The notes: generated by a model not told the origin, from the letters alone. A stretch of DNA of 64,000 bases from the human T2T-CHM13v2.0 reference genome, Homo sapiens (GCF_009914755.1 NC_060942.1), one strand, 5' to 3'; shown: positions 1-17,547, counted from the stretch's first letter. A program made the numbers and translations.

Positions 1-201
1 TGGTGAAACCCTGTCTCTACTGAAAATACAAAAAATTAGCCAGGCATAGTGGTACATGCCTGGGATCCTAGCTACTGGGGAGGCTGAGGTAGGAGAATAG
101 CTTGAATCTGGGAGACGGAGGTTGCAGTGAGCCAAGATCACAGCACTGCAATCCAGCCTGGGCTGTCACAAACAAACAAACAAACAAACAAACAAACAAA
201 C
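1..201 (+). mobile_element. Alu (cut by window start) with (CAAA)n tail
   Basis: TGGTGAAACCCTGTCTCTAC, A-rich linker, right arm GAGGTTGCAGTGAGCC; (CAAA)n at ~168-201. Confidence 0.95.
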
Positions 202-433
202 GGAAGTATGTTGCTTAATTAAGTACTTGGATATTCTTTCTGTTTTTTTTTCCTTTGGTTATTGATTTCTTGTCTAATTCCATTATGATCATAGAACTTA
301 CTTTGTATGAGTTTAATTCTTCCCATACTTTTCCTTTTATCCTTTTTTTCATAATTTAAAAAAATGCTTTTTATCTAGAGGTAATTGTATATTTGCAGGT
401 AGTTGTGAGAGGTAGAGAAAAACCATGTATACC

Positions 434-841
434 TCTTATGGGTTAAATTGTTTCCCCTCCAAAATTCATGTCGAAGTTCTAACTCTGGTGCCTCACAATG
501 TGAGGATTTGGAGATACGATCTTTATAGAGGTAATCAAGTTAAAGTGAGGTCATTAGGATGGGCCCTAATCCAAAATGACTGGTGTTCTTAAAGAGGAAA
601 TGTAGACACAGAAACACACATAGAGGGGAGGTGAGGTGAATAGACAGGGAGAAGATGGGCATCTGCAAGCCAAGGAGAGAGACATGGGACCGATTTTCCC
701 TCATAGCCCTCCGAAGGAACTAAATCTGCTGCCACCTTGATTTTGGACTTCTGGCCTCCAGACCTGTGAGATGGTAAATTTTTGTTGTGTAAGCCACACA
801 GCGTGTGTTACTTTCTTACAGCAGCCCTAGCAACCAATACA
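434..841 (+). mobile_element. MaLR solo LTR (MLT1B-like)
   Basis: GAGGTCATTAGGATGGGCCCTAATCC, CACCTTGATTTTGGACTTCTGGCCTCCAG, ends CAGCCCTAGCAACCAATACA; approximate 5-bp TSD ATACC/ATAGC. Confidence 0.85.
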
Positions 842-1108
842 ATAGCTTTAACCCAGCCCCGCCCCACCGCCTCCCGCCAATTGCAACATCTTGCATAATT
901 ACAGTACAATCACAACCAGAAAATTGACATTCATACAATCCACTGAGTTCCTTCAGATTTCACCAATATGACCTTACTTAGATGTATGTGTACTCATTTG
1001 TATGTGTATATGTATGTATTTAGTTATGAGAAAATACATACCTCTGTATGTAGATATATGTAGATATGTATGTACAAATGTAGATTCATGTGACCACCAC
1101 TATAGTCA

Positions 1109-1432
<324 letters not shown>

Positions 1433-2399
1433 TCACAAAAATCCCTTGTGCTATCCTCTTATAGCCACAGCCACCCCTTTCCTTCCCCACTCTTTATTAA
1501 CCCTTGAATACTGCGAATCTGCCTCCGTCTCTATAATTTTGTTATTTCAAGAGTGCTATATAAATGGAATCCTGCAATACATAACCTTTTGAGAGTGGCT
1601 GTATTCACTCAGCATAATTCCCTTGAGATCCATTCAAGATGTTGGGTGTATGAATAGCTGGTTCCTTTTATTTGCTGAGTATTCCAAGGTATAGGTGTAC
1701 CGTCGCGTGTTTAACCATTCATTGGTTGAAAGACATTTGGATTGTTTTCAGTTTGGAGCCATTATAAATAATGCTGCTATAAACATTCATGTACAGGTTT
1801 TTGTGTGGACATAAGTTTTTGTTTCTCTGGAATGTGCTACATCCTTTTACTTTCAACCTTCATATATAATTTTAAGCTAGTTTTTTTGTAAAACAGCGTA
1901 TAGTTTGGTCATTTAAAAAGTCCATTCTGCCAATCTCTTTCAATTAATTTGTTCAGTCTATTTACACTTAATGTGATTATTTATGTGTGGATTTAAGCCT
2001 ACCAGTTTATTATTTGTTTTCTGTTTCCTCTGTTTTTTGTTCCTCAGTTTCCCATATAGTGCCTTCTTTATGGTCATTTGAATATTTTGTAGTATTCTAT
2101 TTATTTTGTGTGTATGTGTATGTTTTACTGTATCTCTTTGTATAATATTTTTAGTGATTGCTCTAGAGATTACAAAATACATCCTTACCTTTTCATGACA
2201 TTTTTTAACTTTTATTGCCCCCAAGTAGAAGCTACCTTTTCATGACATTTTACCACTTCGAGTAGAATGCAGAAACTTTACCATCATATAGGGCCCTTCA
2301 TTTCCCCCCCGGCTCATTTTGTCATTATCGTATGTGTTACACCTATATACATTGTACCAAACGATGTTATACTTTTGGTTTTCAACCATCAAGCCTTTA

Positions 2400-2740
2400 T
2401 GTATATCTATATCTAATCTATATCTATATGTATCTATCTATATCTATATCTATATTTTCAGACAGGGTCTTGCTCTGTCGCCCAGGCTGGAATGCAGTGG
2501 CACAGTCTCAGCTCACTGCAACCTCTGCCTCTTGGGCTCAAGTAATCTTCCCACCTCAGCCTCCTGAGTAGCTGGGACTACAGGTGTGCACTACCACGCC
2601 CAGCTAATTTTTGTAGTTTTAGTAGAGATGGGGTTTCACTATGTTGGGCAGGCTGGTCCCAACTCTTGGCCTCGAGTGATTTCCCTGCCTCGGCCTCCTA
2701 AAGTGCTGGGGTTACAGGCGTGAGCCACCACACAAGGCCC
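2400..2740 (-). mobile_element. AluJ-like with (TATC/TA)n-decayed tail
   Basis: Antisense Alu dimer 2455-2740; microsatellite 2400-2455 in the tail position. Confidence 0.93.
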
Positions 2741-2981
2741 ATCAAGCATATTTTTAAGAAACTGAGAGAAGAAAAATAGTCTATTACATTCATCTATATT
2801 TACCACTTCTATTGCTCTTCCTTTATTCCTGGTATCCCAAGTTCCTTCTGGTATCATTTCCCTTCTTTTTGAAGAATGTACTTTTAGAGCAGCTCTGCTG
2901 GCAACAAAATTCCATTTTCTTTGTTCTGAGATGGTCTTTACTTAACCTTGTATTCCTGAAGTATATCTTCACTGAATATGA

Positions 2982-3452
<471 letters not shown>

Positions 3453-4115
3453 CTCTGGTTTCTTTTGATATTTCAATTTTGTCTTTAGTTTTAAGTAGTT
3501 TGATGATAATATTGGGGGACATGGATTTTGGGGGTGTTTAGCCTCTTTGGGGTTTGCTGAGCTTCTCAAATCTGTAGGTTTCCTGTGTTTCACCAAAGTT
3601 GAGAAATTTCCAGTCATTATTTCTTCAATTTTTTTTTCTGCACTGCACTCTTTACTCACTTCTCCTAGCACTCTGAGAACACAAATGGTCAGCCTTTTGT
3701 TGTCGTTGCCCAGTTCCCTGAGGCTTGTCCATTCTCTCCCCAACTTGTCCATCTTTATCCTTTCTTCCTTTTTTTTTTTTTGGTTGTTTGTTTATTTTCT
3801 TGTCTTTTTGTTCCATATAGTGAAGTTCGTGGTAAACCATCTTTATTCTTCCTGTTGTTTAGATTGGGGAGTTTTTATTGATCTGTCTTCAAGCTCACTG
3901 ACTCTTTCCTCTGTCATCTCCATTCTGCCATTCAGCCCCTCAGTGAGTTTTTACATTTCAGTTATTATATTTTTCAGTTCGAACACTTTCATTTGGCTTT
4001 TCTTTATATTTTCTATTTCTTTGTTGGGACTATCTATTTTTCCATTTATTTAAAGGAAGTTAGCCCTTACTTGTTGGAGCATTTTTGTAACAGTTGCTTT
4101 TAAGTCTTTGTCAGC

Positions 4116-6968
<2,853 letters not shown>

Positions 6969-6982
6969 AAGTCTTTGTCAGC

Positions 6983-7870
6983 TAATTCCAACATCTGTGT
7001 TATCTCAGCATGTTAGTTGAGATTTTCCTAGTTCTTCACAGAGTGAGAAATTTTGTATTGTACTCTGGACATTTTGAATGTTATGAGTCTCTGGGTCTTG
7101 TTTAAAATTCTATGGAAAACATTTTATTCTGTTTTTTAACGTTAGTGGGTTATAGGTATGGTTGGGTTCAAGTTGTAAGTTCTGATCATCCTTCAGTGGT
7201 GTGTGGTTTCAATGTTCCACTAACACGCACTGCTATTCAGAGCAGTCCTGCATGTGCGCCACCTGGTGGCCAGTCTAGGCAGTCTAGGAGGTGGGACATG
7301 GTTCACCTCATAGTTTACAGTTGTATCTCAAAGCTTTTGATATACTGTTTAGGGTCAGATTCATGAATGTTCCACTTGTGGATAAACCCAGGGATTCTTA
7401 AACAACTTTATCAAGTCCCTTTCCCTAATACCTCCCTCTCTATAATGTCCCTAGTACTTTCTGAGTCCTGGGCTCCCCTTTTCAGTCCTCCAACCTGAAG
7501 AAAAACAAAAAAGAAATGGGGGATTTCTCCCTCTCCTTTGAGCATTAGGAGACCACGCCCTTGAGCCAGAACCAGAGGGTTTCCCTTGGACTTCTCTCCA
7601 TTCATGCAGATGCCCATGTCCAGGTTCCACACTACCTTACACCTAGTCTGGGCAACACTGAAGCGAAAAATACAGTAGACTCACCACCCATTCAGAGGTA
7701 CTTTAAAGTCTGGTCTTCCTTTCTGGTCTATCTGCTACTAGATGCTCACAGTATCCAAGTCATTGTGCCGTGCATTCTGTCCAGGTTTATCGCTTCATCC
7801 GGTGGGGGGATAGGGTCATAACTACATGACTCAAAACTCAGCCCCATCTTACCTGAAACCTGGGCTGAGT
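6983..7870 (-). mobile_element. Continuation of the host old L1M (5'-ward part), antisense
   Basis: Sequence resumes across the L1PA TSD (GTCAGCTAATTCCAACATCTGTGTTATCTCAG); right boundary uncertain. Confidence 0.5.
7256..7272 (-). promoter_or_regulatory. CTCF core motif
   Basis: Reverse complement TGGCCACCAGGTGGCGC closely matches the CTCF consensus TGGCCACCAG(G/A)(G/T)GGCGC. Confidence 0.7.
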
Positions 7871-7989
7871 TTTGAATCATGTAGTTAATCTAATTAATAC
7901 TGATTAATGGATACTTGGGCTATTCTTCCTGCCTTTTAAATTGTCGTGTTTCTGGAATCTGTTTTAATATTCTTATCTTATCCCTTCAT

Positions 7990-8130
7990 AACACTGGTTC
8001 TCACCTTGGGTTTTCATTAGAATCACCTACACAGATTAAAAAAAAAAAGTTGATGTCCAGGCTACATCCCAGCCAAATTAAACCAGAATCTCTGGGAATA
8101 GGATCCAGGAATTAATACTTATATTTAAAA
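7990..8130. mobile_element. MER5-type hAT-Charlie fragment
   Basis: TGGTTCTCA...CATTAGAATCACCT...CAGAATCTCTGGG. Confidence 0.65.
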
Positions 8131-8351
8131 AAAATATTTCACACCACTTACCCCATCCTCTAATCCTCCAAACCTGTTCTTCCTATAATCTGCCTCATTT
8201 CACTTAATATTGTCACCATCCTCCAAACTCCCAAGTAAGACACCTTGGAGTTGGCCTGAACTCAGCTCCAGAATTTTTGCATTCAGGCTACCATCTGCCC
8301 TGTCATTGCCAACTCAGAAATGTCTTCAAATGTGGCTCTCATCTCTATTCC

Positions 8352-8658
8352 TTTTTTTTTTTTTTTTTTTTTTTTTTGTCACAGGATCTCACTCTGTCAC
8401 CCAGGCTGGAGTGCAGTGGTACAATCACTGCTCACTGCAGCCTTGACCTCCTGGGTTCAAGTGATCTTCCTGCTTCAGTGTCCTGAGTACCTGGGACCAT
8501 GGGTGCATGCCGCATGTCTGACTAATTTTTTTATTTTCGGTACAGACGGTGTCTCACTTTGTTGCCCAGGCTGGTTTCATACTCCTGGGCTCAAGTGATC
8601 CTCCCGCCTCGGCCTCCCAAAGTGCTGCAATGACAGGTGTGAGCCACCATGCCCAGCC
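8352..8658 (-). mobile_element. AluJ
   Basis: Antisense dimer with poly(T). Confidence 0.95.
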
Positions 8659-8993
8659 ATCTCCATTCTTTTAATCAAGCTCACGTTGCATAGCTGTGTC
8701 ATTGGTTTCCCTGTCACTGGGCTGTCTTGGCAAACACTCTCACTGCTGCCAAAGGGATCTTCCTAAAAGAAGACTCTGTCAAGCCCCTTGTAAAACCTCC
8801 CTAGCGCCTCCTGCCCCCCAGTCTAGAGTCTAAACTCCTGGGCAAGGCACACGAGGCTTGCCATACTTGGCTTAGACTTCTTCTCCTAACTCCTCCCCCA
8901 TCACCCATACATCTCTTTTCCCCACCTGGCAAAGACACACTGACATTCCCGAAATACCCCCGGCCCCGGAACACCTTATTGTTATCCTACTCA

Positions 8994-9474
<481 letters not shown>

Positions 9475-9899
9475 CTAGACTGGGGGCACCTTGAGGGTGG
9501 GTACTTATCAACATTTGTCTTTCTGGGAAAGCACACAGTGCCTGACTCACAGCAGACCCGCAGTGGGTGTTCAAACAAATAAATGAATATAGAGCAGACA
9601 GGGGCCCAGGAAGCAGCTCTGTGAGATTAGCGAAGTAAAAAGAAACAGGATGAAATGCAGGTATTTAAACACGGCATGAATGTTTGCAAAATGGAACAAG
9701 ATTGCCAAAATTTCTAAGCTCAGACAAAGTAGTCATTTCTGGTTTAGGTCCAGGTATTGATACTACTTCAAAACCAGCCTGGGTGTTTTCTTAGCTGAAG
9801 GAAAAGGAGATGCCAGGGAAATACAATGAACTTCTGAAACAGGTATAAAGCCAGCCTCCAAGGAACTGAGGAAACGCCTCTGATCTGGAAAGTGGCATC

Positions 9900-10095
9900 A
9901 CTTGTCAAACTTGAATTCAATTCCTGGCTCACTGCCTGCTGCTGGGGAAACATGGGCAAGTTAATTAACTTCATTGAGCCTCAATTTTCTCATCTGTAAA
10001 ATGGGTACAATATTTCCTACCTCATAGGATTGTGTTGAGTATTGAACGAGTTAATTCATATTTCTAGTATGTAGTTAAGTGCCTGATAAATAGTG
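9900..10095. mobile_element. MIR
   Basis: Core GGGCAAGTTAATTAACTTCATTGAGCCTCAATTTTCTCATCTGTAAAATGGG. Confidence 0.85.
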
Positions 10096-10580
10096 TTATT
10101 TTTATTTTCTGGTGATTTAGGGAATGAGTTGGCAGAAGTAGATGAAAAGAGGCATACGTCTGTTTCAGTTGGGGTCTTTATTGTCCTCAGCTCCTTAGAG
10201 GAGAAAGCCTTTGAATTCCCATGTCCTCATGTCTAGGGATGGGCTGACAGCCCAGGTTCCTCCTCTGGCTTTTGGCCACCGCTCTTGGTCCAGCTGGCCA
10301 ACTTCCCCGCTCAGAGCCACAGAGCAACAAGGAGCCAGCACTGTCCCTTCATCCAGGGAAGTGCCTCATTCCTCATCTAAGTGTCCTTGACTCCTGAAAT
10401 AATAGGGCAATATTTGAACATCCTATACCTAGACAGGCCCTATTTGCCAAGGACATTCTAAAAATATACTGTTGGGATTAAAAAAAAAACTTGCTGATTC
10501 TAAAGATCTCTGGAGGTGGTACCTTCTAAATTTATGTGCACAGAAGTAGCCAGACCTTGAGATGTCCATTCAAGGTATAC

Positions 10581-10705
10581 GAGGGTGCAGTGGCACGTGT
10601 CTGGAATCCCAGTTACTTGGGAAGCTGAGACAGGAGGATCACTTGAGCTCAGGAGTTTGAGACCAGACTGGACAACATAGTGAGACTTTGTTTCTATAAA
10701 AAATA
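10581..10705 (+). mobile_element. FLAM (Alu monomer)
   Basis: Single left-type monomer with A-rich end. Confidence 0.85.
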
Positions 10706-10919
10706 TGTACATGACACATTCAGCCACAAACATCACTAGATTATCTTTTGGGTGAGTAGCTCACTAAAACATTAAAAGCCAGGCAATCAGTGTTCCTGAA
10801 GATTGTATCTGTCCGTCTGTCATCTCTCCTTTTACTGGGCACATGAATTCATGCCAGCATTGTGTGTGGAAAACACCTCAGTTTCAATAGGAGAGGAAAG
10901 AAGGACAGAAGGAAAGAAG

Positions 10920-11140
10920 GAAAACTGACATTGACCGAGAGTCTACCATGTGCAAGGCATTTTCTGTATCTTCTCATTTAATCCTTGCAAAAATTATACA
11001 GGAAAACTTATTCCCATTCTTAAAGGTCAGGAAATGGAGACTCATATAGAAATGACTTGCCCAGGTTCACTCATGCAGCAAGCGGCAAAGCTGAGATTTG
11101 CTTCCAAACCAGCCCACTCTAAAACCAACATTCAGCCCAT
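10920..11140. mobile_element. MIR, opposite orientation to the 9900 copy
   Basis: TCTCATTTAATCCTTGC...GGAAATGGAGACTCA...TGACTTGCCCAGG. Confidence 0.75.
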
Positions 11141-11759
11141 CGCCCAGGCAGCAAGAGTTGTCAGCTGAAGCACACAGCAATTGAATTTTCACATACTTCT
11201 CATTTCCCCTTTCCAACCCTTCTCCACCTCCACCTTCCCCACCCCTTTCCCCCTTCTGCAAGCTTCTCTGTGACGTTCCACTGTAGCGTGATCCTCCAAC
11301 TACAATCAGCAGCGCAGCCACAGGAATTACTGAAGGGCAGGCAGGGTTGGTAATACATGCAATCCATTTGCTGACTGCACTTGAATGCACATGGAAGTAT
11401 GCGAGTGCAGGGAGGGCCCCGGAGGGAGGCACACATCTATATTTCAAATTAGCAAGTCAGTCACAAGTTACAGCTCCATGCCAGGGGCGTTTTTAGATAG
11501 CCAGACACACAGATAATGAAGGCACAGATTAACTGCGTCTGACTGTGCGATAACTTAAAGCTCTCAGCCTCTATGGCCAGTCCATGTGGTGAAACAAACA
11601 TTCCTCCAGCATATGGTAAGTTTTAGTAGAAAGCTTGCAGTGAGAAGTGTGGGTCCCTATCAGATGGGTGAAGGACATGTGGTTGATATTACAGCATGCG
11701 TTCACCTCTCAGACCCACTGGATTCGGCCCATTCTCTCTCCTTTTCCCAGGGTCACTTC

Positions 11760-11885
11760 TATTTTTTGGAAAATAGGGACAAGGTGTCACTGTGTTGCCC
11801 AGGCTGGTTTTGAACTCCTGGGCTCTTGAACTCCTGGCCTCCCAAAGTGTTAGGATTACAGGCATGAGCCACTGTGCCTGGTCCA
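11760..11885 (-). mobile_element. FLAM/Alu left monomer with small internal duplication
   Basis: TTGAACTCCTGG occurs twice in tandem; CCTCCCAAAGTGTTAGGATTACAGG. Confidence 0.85.
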
Positions 11886-12156
11886 GGACAGGTACTTGAC
11901 TGGCTTCTCTGCACTGAAAAAAAATAAAATCTCCACCCATGCAGCTCCGAGAATGTAACTATTTCTTAGAATTTTCAATAAATTAAACTATTGAGTTAAA
12001 TAGTAGCAAAGTGCTTAAGATTGGGAACAAGGAGGCCAGATTCTCATCCCCCTCCCGCCTTAAATGGCCTTGGACAAGTCACAATGTTTTCGTCAAGAGT
12101 ATGAAATATTTTCTTTTTTTGGTTATTTTTAAAATAGTCTTTTTCTTACTTAAAAG

Positions 12157-12460
12157 CAGTGGCTCACGCCTGTAATCCCAGCACCTTAGGAGGCTGAGGT
12201 GGGCGGATTGCTTGAGCTCAGGAGTTTGAGACCAGTCTGGCCAACATGGTGAGACCCCTGTCTCTACCAAAATGCAAAAAAATAGCCAGGCGTGGTGGCG
12301 CGTGCCAGTGGTCCCAGCTACTTGGGAGGCTGAACCTGGGTTGGTGGAGCAGAGGTTGAGCCTGGGTGGGCGGAGCAGAGGTTGCAGTGAGCTGAAATGG
12401 TGTCACTCCACTCCAGCCTGACAGAACAAGACCCTGTCTCAAATAAATAAATAAATAAAT
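12157..12460 (+). mobile_element. Alu with 26-bp internal tandem duplication
   Basis: Alu dimer; duplicated unit at 12331-12356 and 12357-12382; (TAAA)n tail. Confidence 0.93.
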
Positions 12461-12462
12461 AA

Positions 12463-12822
<360 letters not shown>

Positions 12823-13059
12823 TGAAAGATCACCTCCAGCTCTGGAATGCATTGATTCTAATCACTAGCATCAGAAAGAGCAAAGCTGCCAGGGCTGGAC
12901 GTGTGAATTCCAGGCTCTTCCTAAGGAGACAGAGGCCATGTAGCAAACCCTTTTGACTTCATCACCTCTCCACCTGCCTTTCCTGTATCCCTTCTCCCAT
13001 CCTTCTTTGAAATCTCTAACAAGCGTTCTCTATCCTCTCAAAACCTGGTTCATACGCTA

Positions 13060-13590
13060 GAACGGGGCTCCTCAAACCACCCAGGGATCTTGTTAAAAAT
13101 GAAGATCCTGGTTCAGGTGATCTGGAGTGGGACCTGAGATTTTGCATTTGTAACAAGCTCCCAGGTGAGGCTGTTGCTACTGGCCCTGGGACCATACTTT
13201 AAGTAGTGTTTATTAGTCAGTGAGGGGCACCACAGCAAAATGCCACAGACTGGGTGGCTCAAACAATTAAAACTCGTTTTCTCACAGCTATGGGGTCTGG
13301 AAGTCCAAGATCAAGGTGTTGGCAGGGTTGATTTTTGGTGACATCTTTCTCCTTACCTTGTGGACAGCAGCCTTCTTGCTGTGTCCTGATGTGGCCTCTC
13401 CTCTGCATGGGCACCCCTAGTGTCTTTTCCTCTTCTTGTAAGGACATGAGTCCTCTCCAGTTAGGGTTCTATGACCTCAATGACTTCTTTAAAGGCCCTG
13501 TCTCCAAATACAGTCACATTGGGGGTTAGGACTTCAACACATGAATTTTAGTGGGACACAATTCAGTCCACAGCAGGTAGCAAGGGTTTA
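13060..13590. mobile_element. MER5A with an MLT1A-like MaLR LTR (13207-13575, minus) inserted near its end
   Basis: MER5A motifs CTGAGATTTTGCATTTGTAACAAGCTCCCAGGTGA and GACCATACTTTAAGTAG|CAAG; LTR motifs GGAAGTCCAAGATCAAGGTGTTGGCAG and CACAATTCAGTCCACAGCA; TSD AGTAG/GGTAG. Confidence 0.8.
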
Positions 13591-13593
13591 AAG

Positions 13594-13946
13594 CAGGTCT
13601 GGCCAAGTCACACATATAATTTAAAATTTTCCGAGAGCCACATTTTAAAAAAATAAAAAAGAAACAGACAATTGGTGACATAAAATTGTCACCAAATAAA
13701 AAAAGAAAGGAATAGGCAATATTAATTTTTATGATCTATTTTATTTTACCCAGTTGACCTAAAATGTTATCATTTTAGCATATAATTGATATAAAAATTA
13801 TTGAGATACTTTACATTCTTTTTTATACAAAACCTGTGAAATCTGGTGTGAATTTCACTCTCAGACATTTCTCAATCTGGACTGGTCACATGTCCATGCT
13901 TGGATGGCCACATGTGGCTGGTGGCTACCATATTGGACAGCACAGG
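13594..13946. mobile_element. MER33 (hAT-Charlie)
   Basis: Ends GCCACATGTGGCTGGTGGCTACCATATTGGACAGCACAG; AT-rich MER33 body. Confidence 0.8.
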
Positions 13947-14099
13947 TCTTAATCTTTTTCTACCTCATGATGTCATGATGTCCTTGGTATGGGGCCTAGG
14001 AGGAGACAAACCTGCCAGATGTAGATCCTAAGAAAGGATATTTGCTGATTACAGAAGACCTATCTATACCAACATCATGGAGTGTTCACAGATCTCCCC

Positions 14100-14530
14100 C
14101 TGTTCATCCCTGACCTCCTTCCTGTCCTACACCTTTTCCCTGACCTCCTTCCTGTCCTACACCTTTTCCCTCTTACCCACTGCACACTGGACTGTTCCAA
14201 CACACACCAGACCACGGCCTCGTTGCCTTCCCGATTCGCTTCGGGACTTTTCTCAGATAGTAAAGAGGCTTTCTCTGGGCACTCTGGCTTAAATTTCAAC
14301 TCCCACTCTCTGCTTTCTATTTCATTCCCGTTTTTAATTTTATTCTCAGCACTCATCGCTAGCTAACATACCATGTATTTTACTAATCTATCTTATTTGT
14401 CATTTGTATATCCCACTAGAATACACATCTTGTGAGGGCAGGGATTTACCTGTTTCATTCACAGCTGTATCTCCCTTCAATGCCTAGAATGATGTGTGGC
14501 ACAGGACATGTTTCTGACTGAGTGGATGAA
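14100..14530. mobile_element. L2 3' remnant containing a perfect 30-bp tandem duplication
   Basis: CCCACTAGAATA...GAGGGCAGGGA...TGCCTAGAA...TGGCACAG...TGAGTGGATGAA. Confidence 0.7.
14107..14171. repeat. 30-bp tandem repeat, about 2.2 copies
   Basis: TCCCTGACCTCCTTCCTGTCCTACACCTTT at 14107-14136 and 14137-14166, identical. Confidence 0.95.
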
Positions 14531-14705
14531 CATCAGAACCATGTCATGGATCAAAGGACAGCTGGCATTCAGGTCCTCTGCTCCTGCACTTGCCACCGTT
14601 TCTGGGGAAGTGCCTTAAGCCGTGTGTCATCAGGTGAAAAGGAGGGATCGTGCGTGGTCTCAGTCCTTATGGGAACCTGCGTAGAAGACAATATCTGAAG
14701 AATTA

Positions 14706-15132
<427 letters not shown>

Positions 15133-15161
15133 TTATTGATCTCAACAGTTGACTTCAAAAA

Positions 15162-16059
15162 TGCTGCTGATATTTTATGTGTCTACTTGGCTAGGGTATG
15201 GTACCCAGTTGTTTGGTTAACAACCAGTCTAGATGTTGCCATGGTATATATTTTTAAATGTGATTAACAATGAAATCAGTAGACTTTGAGTAAAGCAGAT
15301 TAATCTCCATAATGTTGATGGGCTTCATTCAATCAGTAGAAGCCCTTAGAAAATTGAAGTCTACAGAATAAAGAATTCTGGGCCAGTCACCATGGCTCAT
15401 GCCTATAATCCCAGCACTTTGGGAGGCTGATGTGGGAGGATCACCTGAGCCCAGGAGTTTGAGACCAGCCTGGGCAACATGGCAAGATCCTGTCTTAAAA
15501 AATAATAATAATAAAAAAAGAGAAATGATTCTGTCTCTAGCTGGGTGTGGTGGCTCATGCCTGTAATCCCAGCACTTTGGGAGGCAGAGGCGGGAGAGTA
15601 GCTTGAGGCCAGAAGTTCGGGACCAGCCTGGGCAACATAGTGAGACCCTGTCTCTACAAAAAAATTAGCCATGTACAGTGGCATATGTCTGTAGTCCCAC
15701 CTACTTGGAAGGCTGAATTTGGAGGATCACTTGAATGCAGGAGTTGGAGGTTAGAGTAAGCCATGAGCACTCTAATGCACTCCAGCCTGGGTGACAGAGA
15801 GAAACCTTGTCTCAATACCCACCCCCACCTCTCCCCCTCCCCCCCCAAAAAAATTCTGTCTCCAGACTGCCTTCAAACTCAAGACTGCAATGTCAACTCT
15901 TGCTGGAGTTTCCCGCCTGTTTCCAGCCTGCTTGCCTGTCCTGCAAGTTTTAGATTTGCCAGCTTCCATCATCACATGAGCCAATTCCTTAAAATCGATC
16001 CCTCTCTCTATACACATATCCTATTAGTTCTGTTTCTCTGGAGGACCCTGACTCATACA
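15162..16059 (+). mobile_element. ERVL solo LTR (MLT2D-like) interrupted by FLAM (15381-15520) and AluJ (15539-15812)
   Basis: TTTTATGTGTCTACTTGGCTAGG, AGACTTTGAGTAAAGCAGATT, ends GTTCTGTTTCTCTGGAGGACCCTGACTCATACA. Confidence 0.85.
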
Positions 16060-16060
16060 A

Positions 16061-16222
16061 GCAGTGCTTCTCAAACTTTGATGTAACTACGAATCACCTG
16101 GAGATTTTGTTAAGTCGCAGATTCTGATGTAGTTCTGGGGTGGGACCTGACATTCTGCATTTCTGGGTTATCAGAGGATGCTGATGATATGGGTCTATGG
16201 GTGACACTTTGAGTAGCAAGAG
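16061..16222. mobile_element. MER5-type element
   Basis: CAGTGCTTCTCAAACTTTG...GAATCACCTGGAG...CACTTTGAGTAGCAAG. Confidence 0.8.
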
Positions 16223-16339
16223 CACCTTCCCTGGGTTCTCAGAGCATCTGGGCTTCTTGAAAGGAGTAGGGACAAGTCCTCTCAGAATCTTCAGAAATTT
16301 AAGGAGTCCATAGTTAGTTCCTTCCTCTAAAGCAGGGGT

Positions 16340-17357
<1,018 letters not shown>

Positions 17358-17547
17358 TTTATAGAATCACTTGACAGTCAGGTTCTCCAGGACAGGGTTT
17401 TATTCACTTTGGCAGTTTCAGGACCTCATGCATCAGAGGCATTTAATAGATGCTTAATGAAAAAAAATGAATATATTGAATGAGGCCATTAAGATTTGGC
17501 TGCCCATAATCTGCGAAGCACAGATTCTCAGTTACCAAGTAACTATC

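Noticed and set aside
3547-4053. 168-aa hydrophobic ORF resembling a membrane protein
   Set aside because: T-rich antisense L1M sequence gives F/L/S/I-rich frames by composition alone
8800-8821. CTCF-like GGGCAGGAGGCGCTAG on the minus strand
   Set aside because: Lacks the conserved CC at the 5' end of the core and lies in L2; weak match
14107-14171. Direct repeats (also 2186-2251 and 63043-63120) as CRISPR-like repeat-spacer units
   Set aside because: Only two copies each, in eukaryotic DNA with no cas genes; explained by duplication or TSD
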